From an uncultured Trueperaceae bacterium (GTDB lineage Bacteria > Deinococcota > Deinococci > Deinococcales > Trueperaceae): 64,000 nt of DNA. The translations under genes and the position numbers were made by a program. Shown here piece after piece: positions 1 through 9,687 of this stretch. Each line of letters starts with the position of its first letter. Position 1 is the first letter of the stretch. The DNA lies in contig CAVSGP010000009.1 of the NCBI GenBank assembly GCA_963727505.1, positions 96,001 to 160,000 of the forward strand. The letters are read 5' to 3'. The notes under the pieces were generated by a model, which was given only the letters and a program-made list of their open reading frames with translations, did no database searches and had not been told where the DNA came from.

Positions 1-509
1 GGAACCTGCCTGATCCCGAGGCCGACGTCGGGCACTGTGTGCACCGGATCGCGTTGCATCCGTCGCGTCCCGACGTGCTCTTCATGCAGAAGCACTGGGA
101 CGTCATGCGCAGCGATGACGGGGGCGGGTCGTGGACGGAAGTGAGCGGCAACCTCCCGAGCGATTTCGGCTTCCCCGTCCAGGTGCACGCCCACGAGCCG
201 GAGACGATCTACGTCGTGCCGATCAAGAGCGACTCGGAGCACTACCCGCCCGAGGGCAAGTTGCGGGTGTACCGCAGCCGCACCGGCGGCAACGAATGGG
301 AGGCGCTCACGAACGGTCTGCCGCAGGAGAACTGTTACGTGAACGTGCTCCGCGACGCCATGTCGGTCGACCGGCTCGAGCCCTGCGGCGTCTACTTCGG
401 GACCACCGGCGGACAGGTGTATGCGTCGGCCGACGACGGCGACCACTGGACGCCGATCGTGCGCGACCTGCCGGCCGTGCTGTCGGTCGAGGTCCAGACG
501 CTGCCATGA
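1..509 (+). CDS. BNR-repeat / exo-alpha-sialidase-like beta-propeller protein, 5'-truncated by the window
   Basis: Repeated Asp-boxes ([27 protein letters not shown]); frame is open from the window start. Confidence 0.8.
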   Translation, partial: NLPDPEADVGHCVHRIALHPSRPDVLFMQKHWDVMRSDDGGGSWTEVSGNLPSDFGFPVQVHAHEPETIYVVPIKSDSEHYPPEGKLRVYRSRTGGNEWEALTNGLPQENCYVNVLRDAMSVDRLEPCGVYFGTTGGQVYASADDGDHWTPIVRDLPAVLSVEVQTLP

Positions 510-862
510 CGGTGGACGGAACGCCCCGGCAGAGCGCGATGCACGGTGATCCCGAAGCCGCCGTGCGGCTGCGGGTCGTGCTGCCCGAGCACCTCCGGAC
601 CCTGGCCGACGTCCACGGCGAGGTCGCGCTCGAGGTGCGCCCACCGTTGACCATCGGGGCCGTGCTGGACGCGCTCGAGGTGCACCATCCGGTGCTGCGC
701 GGCACCATCCTCGAGCACGCCAGCCGCCGGCGAAGGGCCTTCGTCCGCTTCTTCGCCGACGGACGCGATCTCTCTCACGACAGCATGGAGACCGAGCTCC
801 CCGACGCCGTCGCACGCGGCGATGAGCCGTTCGTGGTGGTGGGGGCCATGGCGGGCGGTTAG
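506..862 (+). CDS. MoaD/ThiS family ubiquitin-like protein
   Basis: ATGA overlap with upstream stop; C-terminal AMAGG; LPEHLR and RAFVRFF motifs. Confidence 0.85.
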   Translation: MTVDGTPRQSAMHGDPEAAVRLRVVLPEHLRTLADVHGEVALEVRPPLTIGAVLDALEVHHPVLRGTILEHASRRRRAFVRFFADGRDLSHDSMETELPDAVARGDEPFVVVGAMAGG

Positions 863-895
863 GGGCGTCGCGGCTATACTCGCGCCGGAGGCTTC

Positions 896-1426
896 ATGAC
901 GGACGACCCGCGCTACCCCATCGGCCGCTACGCCCCGCCCGAGACGATCGATGCCGCGACCCGCACAGCCTGGATCGGGGCCGTGGTGGAGGCCCCCGCC
1001 AGACTGCGGCTGGCCGTCGCCGGCCTCGACGACGCGCAGCTCGACACGCCCTACCGCGAGGGTGGCTGGAGCGTTCGGCAGGTGGTGCACCACCTGCCCG
1101 AAAGCCACCTCCACACCTACCTGCGCTTCAAATGGGCGCTCGCCGAGGACACGCCGGCGGTGGCCGCGTACGACCAGGCCGCCTGGGCGGCGCTCCCCGA
1201 CAGCGTGCACGGGGCGGTGGAGCCGGCCCTGGCCCTGCTCGACGCCCTGCACGCCCGCTGGGTCCAGCTGCTCCGCGGCATGGACGACGCGGCCTTCGCG
1301 CGCGCCTACGTCAACCCCCGCAACGGCAGCGAACGCACGCTCGGCTGGACCTTGGGCCTCTACGCCTGGCACGGCGAGCATCACGTGGCCCAGATCCTGG
1401 CGTTACGTGAGCGTCGCGGCTGGTGA
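896..1426 (+). CDS. YfiT/BstA-family (DinB superfamily) bacillithiol transferase
   Basis: DPRYPIG, LDTPYREGGWSVRQVVHH, YAWHGEHH; TATACT and GGAGG upstream. Confidence 0.9.
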   Translation: MTDDPRYPIGRYAPPETIDAATRTAWIGAVVEAPARLRLAVAGLDDAQLDTPYREGGWSVRQVVHHLPESHLHTYLRFKWALAEDTPAVAAYDQAAWAALPDSVHGAVEPALALLDALHARWVQLLRGMDDAAFARAYVNPRNGSERTLGWTLGLYAWHGEHHVAQILALRERRGW

Positions 1427-2244
1427 GCGCCGGAGAGCCGTCGGGCGGCGCGCAGCTCGAGCGCTCGGTCTACCGGGTGTCGCAGATGGACTGTGCTGCG
1501 GAGGAGGCGCTGGTGCGCGCCAAGCTGGAGGGGCTTGCGCCGGTGCGCGCGCTGGACATCGACCTCGCGGCCCGCGAGGTCGCCGTCTTCCACGACGGCA
1601 GTCCCGACGCCATCGCGAGGGCGCTGGCGGAGCTGCGGCTCGGCGCGACCCTGCTGCGCTCGGAGCCGGCGGACGACTTCGAGGTTGGTCGACCCGTCCA
1701 GTCGAGCGTGCTTCGCACGGTGCTGGCCATCAACGCCCTGTTCTTCGTGCTCGAGGCCGTCTTCGGCCTGCTGGGTCGCTCGATGGGTCTGCTGGCCGAT
1801 AGCCTGGACATGCTGGCGGACGCCTTCGTCTACGGCCTCAGCCTGGCCGTCGTGCAGGGGGCCATCCAGACCAAGAAGCGCATCGCACGTCTGAGCGGCT
1901 ACGCGCAGCTTGCCCTGGCCGCACTGGGCTTCCTCGAGGTGCTGCGCCGCGCCGGGGGCTCCGGGGGGCGGCCGGATGACGTCACCATGATCGTGGTGGC
2001 TGCCCTCGCGCTGGCTGCCAACGTCTGGACCCTCGCGCTCCTGACGCGCGCGAGGAGCGCCGAGGCCCACATGCGCGCCAGCGTCGTCTTCACGAGCAAC
2101 GACGTCATCATCAACGCAGGGGTCATCGCAGCGGGTGTCCTGGTGGGCCTCACCGGCTCCGGGATCCCCGATCTGGTCATCGGCGCGGTCGTCTTCATCG
2201 TGGTGGCGCGCGGCGCCTTCCGGATCCTGGCGCTCGCGCGCTGA
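1423..2244 (+). CDS. Cation (CDF-type) transporter with N-terminal HMA-like domain
   Basis: MDCAAEE metal-binding domain; GLLADSLDMLAD and SNDV motifs; several TM helices; GTGA overlap. Confidence 0.85.
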   Translation: MSAGEPSGGAQLERSVYRVSQMDCAAEEALVRAKLEGLAPVRALDIDLAAREVAVFHDGSPDAIARALAELRLGATLLRSEPADDFEVGRPVQSSVLRTVLAINALFFVLEAVFGLLGRSMGLLADSLDMLADAFVYGLSLAVVQGAIQTKKRIARLSGYAQLALAALGFLEVLRRAGGSGGRPDDVTMIVVAALALAANVWTLALLTRARSAEAHMRASVVFTSNDVIINAGVIAAGVLVGLTGSGIPDLVIGAVVFIVVARGAFRILALAR

Positions 2245-2416
2245 GCTCCGTCACGCCGTCGACCTCCCCCCTCGGATGTGCGATCCACCGTGCGGCGAGC
2301 GCATGCCGCCCGGCGCCGATGAGAGACCTTTCTCATCCGCGCTTTGGTATCTTTGGCCTCGCGTATCGGCTGGGACGGTACTTGCACTCATCGCGGTGCC
2401 GTGTGGAAGGAATTTC

Positions 2417-2872
2417 ATGACTTCATCGTTCGTGGTCCGTGGCTTCACCATCGCAGTGTTGGTCCTGGGAGCGGCGGCGTTCGCCGCCCAGCCCATGGAC
2501 ACGGGCACGGGCTACGGCACGATGGTCGAACAGGCGGCGCGCACGCTCGGAGGCAACCCGGTGGCATGCGACGGGCTGCTCGACGCCCATACGCCTTCGA
2601 CGGCCCAGGCGTACTGCGTCCGCGTGCCCGAGTCGATGTTCGGCTACTTCGAGATGGGCGTGCACGGCCGTCTCTACGAGTACCTTGCACGCGGCACGCT
2701 GCGCGTCGCGCGCACCTGGGCCAGCGTAGGCAGCACGCTGCGCGTGGTCTATGACGTCCAGGGCGGCACGCTGACGATCGAGCGCGAACGTGTCGGCGGC
2801 AAGCTCTATGGCGTCTTCCTGTTCCAGACGCACGCCGGCTACGCGTCGGCGGCTGCCCCCAGCCACCCCTGA
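2417..2872 (+). CDS. Secreted hypothetical protein
   Basis: GGAAGGA RBS; signal peptide ending AFAA|Q; one Cys pair. Confidence 0.65.
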   Translation: MTSSFVVRGFTIAVLVLGAAAFAAQPMDTGTGYGTMVEQAARTLGGNPVACDGLLDAHTPSTAQAYCVRVPESMFGYFEMGVHGRLYEYLARGTLRVARTWASVGSTLRVVYDVQGGTLTIERERVGGKLYGVFLFQTHAGYASAAAPSHP

Positions 2873-2985
2873 GCGAGATCGCGGCGCCGGCTGCGGCGCA
2901 CATGCCCAACATCGGACACGCGGCTGCCTCCACTTCGGGAGCACAATGGACCCTGGACGGGAGTGGTCCGAGGGAGGGGGGACGC

Positions 2986-3729
2986 GTGCGAACGTTCGAC
3001 GTCATCCGGGCTGTTCGTCTTCCGGCGTGGTGCGGTGCGTGCCGCGCCGTGTTCGTATGGCTGCTGCTTTCGCTGGCCGTCGCCGCGCAGGCCGCAGGCG
3101 CGGTGGACCCGGAACGGGCCATCGCCGACGGCCGCTACGCCGAGGCCTACCGCGCGGCCAGCGCGGTGGATACCGCAGCGAGCCAGGTGCTCGCCGCCCG
3201 CGCCGCCGCCGACTACGCCGTCTACGGCTCACTGGACGCAAGTGAGTACGACACCTGGTTGCGTCATGCGCGCGAGGCGGCGGAGCGCGCCACCGAGCTC
3301 GATCCGAACGACGCCGAAGCCTACGTCCAGCTCGCCCGCGCCAAGGGGGAATCGGCGCGCCGATCGAGCGTGTTCGAGAACCTGCAACTCGTCGGAGAGC
3401 TGAAGGACCTGTTCGACCGGGCGCTGAGCCTCGCGCCGGACAACGCGGACGCGCTGGTGGGCCTGGCGATGTGGAACCTGGAACTCAGCCAGCGTGGCGT
3501 GGGGTGGATGTTCGGGGCGAGCCAGGATCGGGTGGTGCCGCTGCTCGAGAAGGCGATCGCCGCAGCCCCGACGCAAGTCAATCTCCGCGTCGAGTACGCC
3601 GCAGCCCTGCGGGACCTCGGGGAAGACCAGGCCGCCGACGAGCAGCTGCGAGCGGCGCTGGCGCTACCGGCCCGCACGGCGGCCGACCGCTACGAGCAGA
3701 AGCGCGCGGCCGCCACGCTGCAACACTGA
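2986..3729 (+). CDS. Secreted TPR-repeat protein
   Basis: GGAGG RBS then GTG; hydrophobic N-terminus; TPR signatures (ATELDPNDAEAY, ALSLAPDNADAL). Confidence 0.75.
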   Translation: MRTFDVIRAVRLPAWCGACRAVFVWLLLSLAVAAQAAGAVDPERAIADGRYAEAYRAASAVDTAASQVLAARAAADYAVYGSLDASEYDTWLRHAREAAERATELDPNDAEAYVQLARAKGESARRSSVFENLQLVGELKDLFDRALSLAPDNADALVGLAMWNLELSQRGVGWMFGASQDRVVPLLEKAIAAAPTQVNLRVEYAAALRDLGEDQAADEQLRAALALPARTAADRYEQKRAAATLQH

Positions 3730-3754
3730 GCGTTCACGGGGGGGCTCGGCGTGG

Positions 3755-4600
3755 CTACCCCTTCACGCCGGAGCCGACGATCCCCTGCACGTAGTAGCGC
3801 TGCAGCGGCAGCAGGAGCAGCAGCGGGACCAGCGCCGCGAGCGACGAGGCCGCGAAGATCTGCGTCCACTGCGTGCTGTGCTGCTGTTGCAGGTTGGCGA
3901 GGGCGATCTGGAGGACCATGACGTCTTGCGAGTGCACGGCGATCAGCGGCCACAGGAACGACTCCCATTGGAAGACGAACAGCAGCAGGCCCGCCGCGAT
4001 CGTCACGGGGACGGACAGCGGCACGTACAGCCGCAGCAGGATGGTGAGCCAGCCGGCGCCGTCGATCCTGGCCGCTTCCTTGATCTCGGGGGGCACCTCG
4101 GCGAAGAACTGCCGGAACAGGAAGATGGCGATCCCGTTGCTCACCGCGGGCGCGATGAGAGCGCCGTAGCTGTCGAGCATACCGAGCGACCCCACCACCC
4201 GGTAGAGCGGGATGGCGAGTGCCTCGGTGGGCACCATGGCCGAGATCAGCACCGCCGCGAACAGGAGCCGCTTGCCGCGGAAGGTCATCACCGCGAAGGC
4301 GAACCCTGCCAGACCGTTGACCACGAGCCCCGCGGCGACCGTCGCGAACGCCACGAAGGCCGTGTTGAACAGTACGCGGCCGAAGGCGTGGTCCCTGAAC
4401 AGCGCGACGTACGCGGTGAGCGTCGGGTGCGTGGGCCACAGGGCGCGGAGGTCGAAAGGCGTCAGGTAGCGGAAGACGTCGTTGAGCGGCGTCACGGAAC
4501 CCACCAGCGCCCACCACAGAGGCACGACGAAGAACGCGGCGACCGCTGCGTACAGCACGGCCAGGGCTGCCCCCGAGAGCCAGTGCAGCGCTCGCGTCAC
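3755..4600 (-). CDS. Carbohydrate ABC transporter permease (MalG-like)
   Basis: EAA loop EAARIDGAG; GTGA overlap with upstream permease. Confidence 0.9.
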   Translation of the reverse strand: MTRALHWLSGAALAVLYAAVAAFFVVPLWWALVGSVTPLNDVFRYLTPFDLRALWPTHPTLTAYVALFRDHAFGRVLFNTAFVAFATVAAGLVVNGLAGFAFAVMTFRGKRLLFAAVLISAMVPTEALAIPLYRVVGSLGMLDSYGALIAPAVSNGIAIFLFRQFFAEVPPEIKEAARIDGAGWLTILLRLYVPLSVPVTIAAGLLLFVFQWESFLWPLIAVHSQDVMVLQIALANLQQQHSTQWTQIFAASSLAALVPLLLLLPLQRYYVQGIVGSGVKG

Positions 4601-5514
4601 GAGCGCTCCGCTCCGCTGTCGAACAGTCGGAACTGCCATGCCACCACGCCGACAAGCAGCGCCAGCAACACCGTCACGATGGCGAGTGCCTGACCCATGT
4701 CACCGAAAGCGAACCCGACCTTGTAGGCCTGGTACATGAGTACGTTGGTGGCGCCCGACGGCCCGCCGCGGGTGAGGAGGTACATGGGCACGAACATCAC
4801 GAAGTTGATGATGGTATCGGCGACGAGTACGAACAGAAGCGGTCTGCGCAGGAGCGGCAAGGTGACGCGCGTGAAGCGTTGCAGCCTGCCGGCGCCGTCG
4901 ATGGCAGCCGCCTCCTGGAGTTCCGCGGGGATGCTCTGCAGGCCCGCCAGCACGAACACCATCCAGTAACTCACGCCCTTCCAGTTGGCGATCAGGATGA
5001 TGCTCCAGAGGGCCTGGCCCACGCTGGTGTAGAAGGGCTGCTGGGGAAGCCCCAGCAGGGCGAGAAGAGCATTGACGAAGCCACCGTTCGGATCGAGCAT
5101 GAGGCGCCACAGGAGGGTGGCGACCGGCAGCGAGACTCCGATCGGCACCAGCACCAGGAGGCGGTAGAGCTTCATGCCGCGCGAGGCGCGGTCGACCATC
5201 AACGCCAGTACGAGGGCCAGCGCCACCTGCATCGGGTTGATGACGAGGTTGAGCTTCAGCGTCACCCAGAGCGACGTCCAGAACACCGGATCGCCGACCA
5301 GGGTGGCGAAGTTGGTGAGCCCCACAAAGGCCGTCCTGGGCCCTTGGGAGGTGAAGACCTCACGGTAGAAGGCGCCACCGATGGCTTCCAGGATCGGGAC
5401 CACCCGGAAGAGCGCGAGCCCCGCCAGGGCCGGCAGGAGGAACAGGAAGGCGACCCGCTCCTCGTGCCGACGGGGATGGGGGCGGTGGCCCCGCCGATCA
5501 GCCGGTGCGGCCAC
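4597..5514 (-). CDS. Carbohydrate ABC transporter permease (MalF-like)
   Basis: FVGLTNF, EAAAIDGAG, LTRGGP motifs. Confidence 0.9.
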   Translation of the reverse strand: MAAPADRRGHRPHPRRHEERVAFLFLLPALAGLALFRVVPILEAIGGAFYREVFTSQGPRTAFVGLTNFATLVGDPVFWTSLWVTLKLNLVINPMQVALALVLALMVDRASRGMKLYRLLVLVPIGVSLPVATLLWRLMLDPNGGFVNALLALLGLPQQPFYTSVGQALWSIILIANWKGVSYWMVFVLAGLQSIPAELQEAAAIDGAGRLQRFTRVTLPLLRRPLLFVLVADTIINFVMFVPMYLLTRGGPSGATNVLMYQAYKVGFAFGDMGQALAIVTVLLALLVGVVAWQFRLFDSGAERS

Positions 5515-5532
5515 CGCCCGAGCCTCCGCTCC

Positions 5533-6981
5533 TCACTGGAAGCGCTTCAGGTAGGGGTCGATCTGCCGTACTGCGCCGTCGAGCGCCTGCTGAGGGTCCG
5601 CGCCGTTGCGGATGTCGCTGAACGCGCTGTCGAAGATGTTGTGGAGCTGTAGGTAGGCCGGGGTCTTGGGGCGCACCACGGCGGTGGTGCGGGACTGGTA
5701 GACCCCCAGCAGGTAGGCGTCGTCGGGGAAGGCGGTATAGGCTTTACCGGAGCGGATCGTGTCGAGCACGCTCTGTTGCGGCGGAAAGTGGCCGTACGAC
5801 GTGAACCACAGCGCGGCCCCCTCTTCCGCGGTCAGGAAGCGGATGAACGCGGCCGCCTCTGCCTTGTGCTTCGAGTAGGCCGCCACCCCGAGGTACCAGC
5901 CTCCGGTAGGCGTCGCGACCGTGCCGCCCGCGAAGGCGGGGTACGGCGCGACGCCGAAATCGACGCCGGAGCTCTTGAACTTGCCGAGCTGCCAGGCGCC
6001 GCCGGCGTAGAGCGCGACCTTGCCTTCGGCGAACAGGTCGGCCGTCTGCGGATAGGGGACGCCCTTGGGACTCACCTGCGAGCCGTTGAAGAGATCGCCG
6101 TACCAGGTCGCGGCCTTCCGCCACGCCGGGCCGTTGAGGTAGCCGGTGACCGTCGTGCCGTCGGGGCTCAGGATGGTCCCTCCCAGCGACAGGCCCAGCG
6201 GCTGCAACTGATAGAGCTCGTCGGGCTGGCCGAAGGTGAAGCCCCACACGCGGGTCGCGCCGCCGGAGCGGATCGTGAGCTGCTTGGCGGCCGCCACGAC
6301 CTGCTCCCAGGTCCAGCGCTGCCGCTCCGCCAGCGTGGCGATGTCGGCGTACGACACCGTCTTGCCGGGCACGAGTCCGGCCGGCGGGGTGACGCCGGCG
6401 TTCTGGAAGAGCGTGCGGTTGTAGTACAGCAGCTGGATGGAGCTGTCCTGCGGAGCCGCCATCAGCCGACCGTTCACCCTGCCGGCGTCGAGGGCGGGTT
6501 GAACCCAGGTGTTCGCGAGTTGCTGAGCCGTGAAGGTTCCGTCCAAGGGGGCAAGATACCCGAGTGCGGTGTAGGCGGCCACCACCGGTTGGTCGACGAG
6601 CAGCACATCGATGCCGCTGTCGTGCGCGCGCATCCTGACCTGCGTGGTCTGGAACAGGTCACCGAAGGAGTAGCCCTCCATCTTCACGCAGACGCCCGGA
6701 TGCTGCTTCTCGAACGCCTGGATGACCGGCTGCATGCCGCTATCGAACTCCGAGAGCGTCAGGTAGTCGATGGTGGTGGTGCACGCGGACTGCGCGGCCG
6801 CGGTTCCCGGGAGCACCAGCCCCGCCAGCGCCAGCGTCGCGACGGCCATACGGACGAGTCGAGATCGACGCCTGGGGCGCGGCACGCCGACGAGCGCCCT
6901 GTGGCGGGAGGCCGCGGACGATCCGCGGGTTCGTGGTTCGGTGCGTGCACCGTCGATCGTTGCCATGCCGGGACGTCCCAT
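5533..6981 (-). CDS. Sugar ABC transporter substrate-binding protein
   Basis: GAGGAGAGAGG RBS; signal peptide ending TAAA|Q; LYYNRTLF, WTWEQ, FAEGKVA motifs; start uncertain. Confidence 0.85.
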   Translation of the reverse strand: MGRPGMATIDGARTEPRTRGSSAASRHRALVGVPRPRRRSRLVRMAVATLALAGLVLPGTAAAQSACTTTIDYLTLSEFDSGMQPVIQAFEKQHPGVCVKMEGYSFGDLFQTTQVRMRAHDSGIDVLLVDQPVVAAYTALGYLAPLDGTFTAQQLANTWVQPALDAGRVNGRLMAAPQDSSIQLLYYNRTLFQNAGVTPPAGLVPGKTVSYADIATLAERQRWTWEQVVAAAKQLTIRSGGATRVWGFTFGQPDELYQLQPLGLSLGGTILSPDGTTVTGYLNGPAWRKAATWYGDLFNGSQVSPKGVPYPQTADLFAEGKVALYAGGAWQLGKFKSSGVDFGVAPYPAFAGGTVATPTGGWYLGVAAYSKHKAEAAAFIRFLTAEEGAALWFTSYGHFPPQQSVLDTIRSGKAYTAFPDDAYLLGVYQSRTTAVVRPKTPAYLQLHNIFDSAFSDIRNGADPQQALDGAVRQIDPYLKRFQ

Positions 6982-7267
6982 GTTGCCTCTCTCCTCGCGG
7001 TCCCGCCCGAACCCCAGGGTGGTTCGAACGTCGCGGGCCGTACTCGAGGGTGCGGCGGTATGCCCCCCGGTACCGTGTGCCAAGGTACCAGAGTGCGGAC
7101 GGGCCAGCCGGGCGTCCGTGGCATGAGCGCCCCGAGACGAAGCGTGTGTGGGGCGATACCGCCGATGCCACGGAAGGCGATACCGTCGGACGGTGGCGCC
7201 ACGGGCCCCAGCATCCGGCGGCCCCCGAGCTCCCTGCGTCACGGGATCCGGTACCGAAGGAGAGCGC

Positions 7268-7879
7268 ATGACCGATCGTCCCGATTCCACGAACTACGTT
7301 CCCAGGCTCCATGTCGTCGTGGCGAGCACGCGTCCCGGCCGTGTGGGGCTGCCGGTGGGTGAATGGATCTATCAACGCGCCGTGGAGCACGGTGGCTTCG
7401 AGGTCGAGTGGGTCGACCTGGCCGAGGTCGATCTGCCCTTCTACGACGAGCCTGAACACCCCCGTCTGCAGCGCTACCAACACCAGCACACCAAGGCCTG
7501 GAGCGCGCGCGTCGAACGTGCAGACGCGTTCGTGTTCGTGACGCCCGAGTACAACTTCGGCTTCACAGCGCCGCTCAAGAACGCGATCGACTTCCTCCAC
7601 CGGGAGTGGGCGTACAAACCCGCCGGGATCGTGAGCTACGGTGGCGTGGCCGCCGGAACGCGCGCCGCCCAGATGCTGAAGCAGGTGCTCACCACCCTGA
7701 AGATGACACCGATGGTCGAGGCCGTGTCGATCCCGTTCGTGAAGCAGTTCCTCGATGAGGACGGGCGGATCCGGGCCAACGAGACGATGGAGCAGGCGGC
7801 GGACGCCATGCTCGACGAGCTGGCGCGCTGGGAGCGCCAGCTCCGGCCGTTGCGAAGCGAGGTCGTCGGGGCGTCCTGA
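7268..7879 (+). CDS. NADPH-dependent FMN reductase
   Basis: STRPGRVG, VTPEYN, LKNAID, VSYGG motifs; AAGGAG RBS. Confidence 0.9.
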   Translation: MTDRPDSTNYVPRLHVVVASTRPGRVGLPVGEWIYQRAVEHGGFEVEWVDLAEVDLPFYDEPEHPRLQRYQHQHTKAWSARVERADAFVFVTPEYNFGFTAPLKNAIDFLHREWAYKPAGIVSYGGVAAGTRAAQMLKQVLTTLKMTPMVEAVSIPFVKQFLDEDGRIRANETMEQAADAMLDELARWERQLRPLRSEVVGAS

Positions 7880-7891
7880 CCCGCCCGATGT

Positions 7892-9499
7892 TCAGGCGGG
7901 GGCGGGTGCGACCGCGAGTACGTCCGGGTCGTTCATCGCCCAGGCCGGGTAGGGCTCGTGCCGCAGGAAGCGAGCGGCGTAGAGCGCGGCCAGCTTCGCG
8001 TAGCGCCCGCTCCGCCCTGCATCGAGGGCGTACAGGAACGCCACCTGGGCGACGTCCGCCAGGCGTGCCAGCAGGTCCTTGCCGATCCACTGTGCCTGCA
8101 GCGCGTCGAGGCCCGTGAGCGATGCCAGGGCGTCGTCGAGAACCTGCGTGGCGTGGTGCGCTTCGGGCGTCGCCGCGGCGCCTAGGAGCCCGCGCATGGC
8201 GTCGGCGAAGGGGAGATGGGCGCCCTTCTTGTCCATCACCTCGAGCAGGTCGAGGGCCTGGATGTTGCTCGGCCCCTCCCAGATGGGCGTGATCAGGGCC
8301 TCGCGGTGCCAGCGCGCCACGGCGTACTCCTCCAGGAAGCCGAGCCCGCCGAACAGCTCCATGGCGAGCCGCGTCACCTCGGCGGCGTGATCGGCGGTGC
8401 GGTTCTTCGCCAGGTGTCCGAGCAGGCGCGCGTAGTGGTAGTCGCCCGAGTACGGCGGGCGTTCGTGCCAGGCGCGATCGAAGGCGTCGACGGCCTGGAA
8501 CGCCAGAGCAAGGCCCCCCGCCTGGCGAACCGCGATATCGACGAGGTCGCGCCGGACGAGGGGGTGCTCGAGCAGGGGCCGGCCGAACGCGCGGCGCCTG
8601 CGCACTCGCTCCTCGACCTCCTGCGCCGCCTTGCGCGCGATACCCATGCTGGCGACGGAGTTGGCGAGACGTGAGACGGTGAGCGTCTCGAGCGTGTAGT
8701 AGATGCCCTCGTCGGCACGCCCGATCCGCTCCGCACGGCTGCCTTCGAGCTCGACCTCGCCGGAGGGAACGGCCCGCGTGGCGCTCTTGTCCTTGAGCCG
8801 CCGGACGCGGAAGTTGAGGGCGCCCGCCGCGTCGAGCCGGGGAACCAGGAACAGCGCAAGCCCCTTGGGGCCGGCCGGTGCCCCCTCCGGCCGCGCGGTG
8901 ACGACGGCGGCGTCGGTCAGGCCCGCGCCGCTCGCGAAGTACTTGTCCCCACCCTCGAGACGCCAGCCGTCACCGTCGCGGCGGGCCACCGTGCGGTTGG
9001 AACCGAGGTCGCTGCCGCCCTGGTTCTCCGTCATCCAGGTGGCGCCGTAGAGGTCCAGGCCGAGCAGCGCCTGCTTCAGGTCCTCATGCTCGGGCGCGTA
9101 CTTGTGGAGCGCGTACGCCGTCTGCAGCGTGATGGTGAGGATGCAATACAGGCCGGGGTCGGCCAGCAGGTAGCCCAACGCGAAGTGGTGGTGCCAGCTC
9201 CCGCCCTCGAACGGCGGCCGCATCATGGGCGCCAGCTTCGGCATCAACGCGCGCTGCGCGGGGCTGAGGCGGACGCGGTCGATGCGGTTGCCGTCGAGGT
9301 CGTGACTGACCAGCACCGGCTGCGCATCGTGATCGACGTGGTAGGCGACCTCGTAGGCCTCGCCGTTGGCGAGGGCACCGAAGGCGGCGAGCGCCTCCTC
9401 GTGCTCGGCCATCGCCGGCCAGACGCCGCGCAAGACCGCCTTCAGGTCGGGGTCGCGGAGCCAGGCGTTGGTGCCGTACGCATAGGACTGGAACTCCAT
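7892..9499 (-). CDS. Acyl-CoA dehydrogenase family protein (AidB-like)
   Basis: WMTENQGGSD, RRLKDK, GGLGF, IWEGPSNIQALD; AGGAGG RBS; TACAAT at 9522-9527. Confidence 0.88.
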   Translation of the reverse strand: MEFQSYAYGTNAWLRDPDLKAVLRGVWPAMAEHEEALAAFGALANGEAYEVAYHVDHDAQPVLVSHDLDGNRIDRVRLSPAQRALMPKLAPMMRPPFEGGSWHHHFALGYLLADPGLYCILTITLQTAYALHKYAPEHEDLKQALLGLDLYGATWMTENQGGSDLGSNRTVARRDGDGWRLEGGDKYFASGAGLTDAAVVTARPEGAPAGPKGLALFLVPRLDAAGALNFRVRRLKDKSATRAVPSGEVELEGSRAERIGRADEGIYYTLETLTVSRLANSVASMGIARKAAQEVEERVRRRRAFGRPLLEHPLVRRDLVDIAVRQAGGLALAFQAVDAFDRAWHERPPYSGDYHYARLLGHLAKNRTADHAAEVTRLAMELFGGLGFLEEYAVARWHREALITPIWEGPSNIQALDLLEVMDKKGAHLPFADAMRGLLGAAATPEAHHATQVLDDALASLTGLDALQAQWIGKDLLARLADVAQVAFLYALDAGRSGRYAKLAALYAARFLRHEPYPAWAMNDPDVLAVAPAPA

Positions 9500-9602
9500 G
9501 GTTGCCTCCTGCCGTGGCTGGATTGTAGAGCGGCAAACCGTGATGGTGCCCGGTTGTCCCGTAGCGCGCTGCGTCGGGCCCGGCAGGGGAGCGTGCGGTC
9601 GG

Positions 9603-9635
9603 CGCCGGGACCACGCCGGGACCACGCCGGGACGA
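9603..9635. repeat. 11-bp tandem repeat CGCCGGGACCA x3 (third copy has one mismatch)
   Basis: Read directly from the intergenic sequence. Confidence 0.85.
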
Positions 9636-9687
9636 ACGCCCCTCGTTGCCTCGCCCACCCGAAGGGCGAGCCGTAGGGGGACGGATC

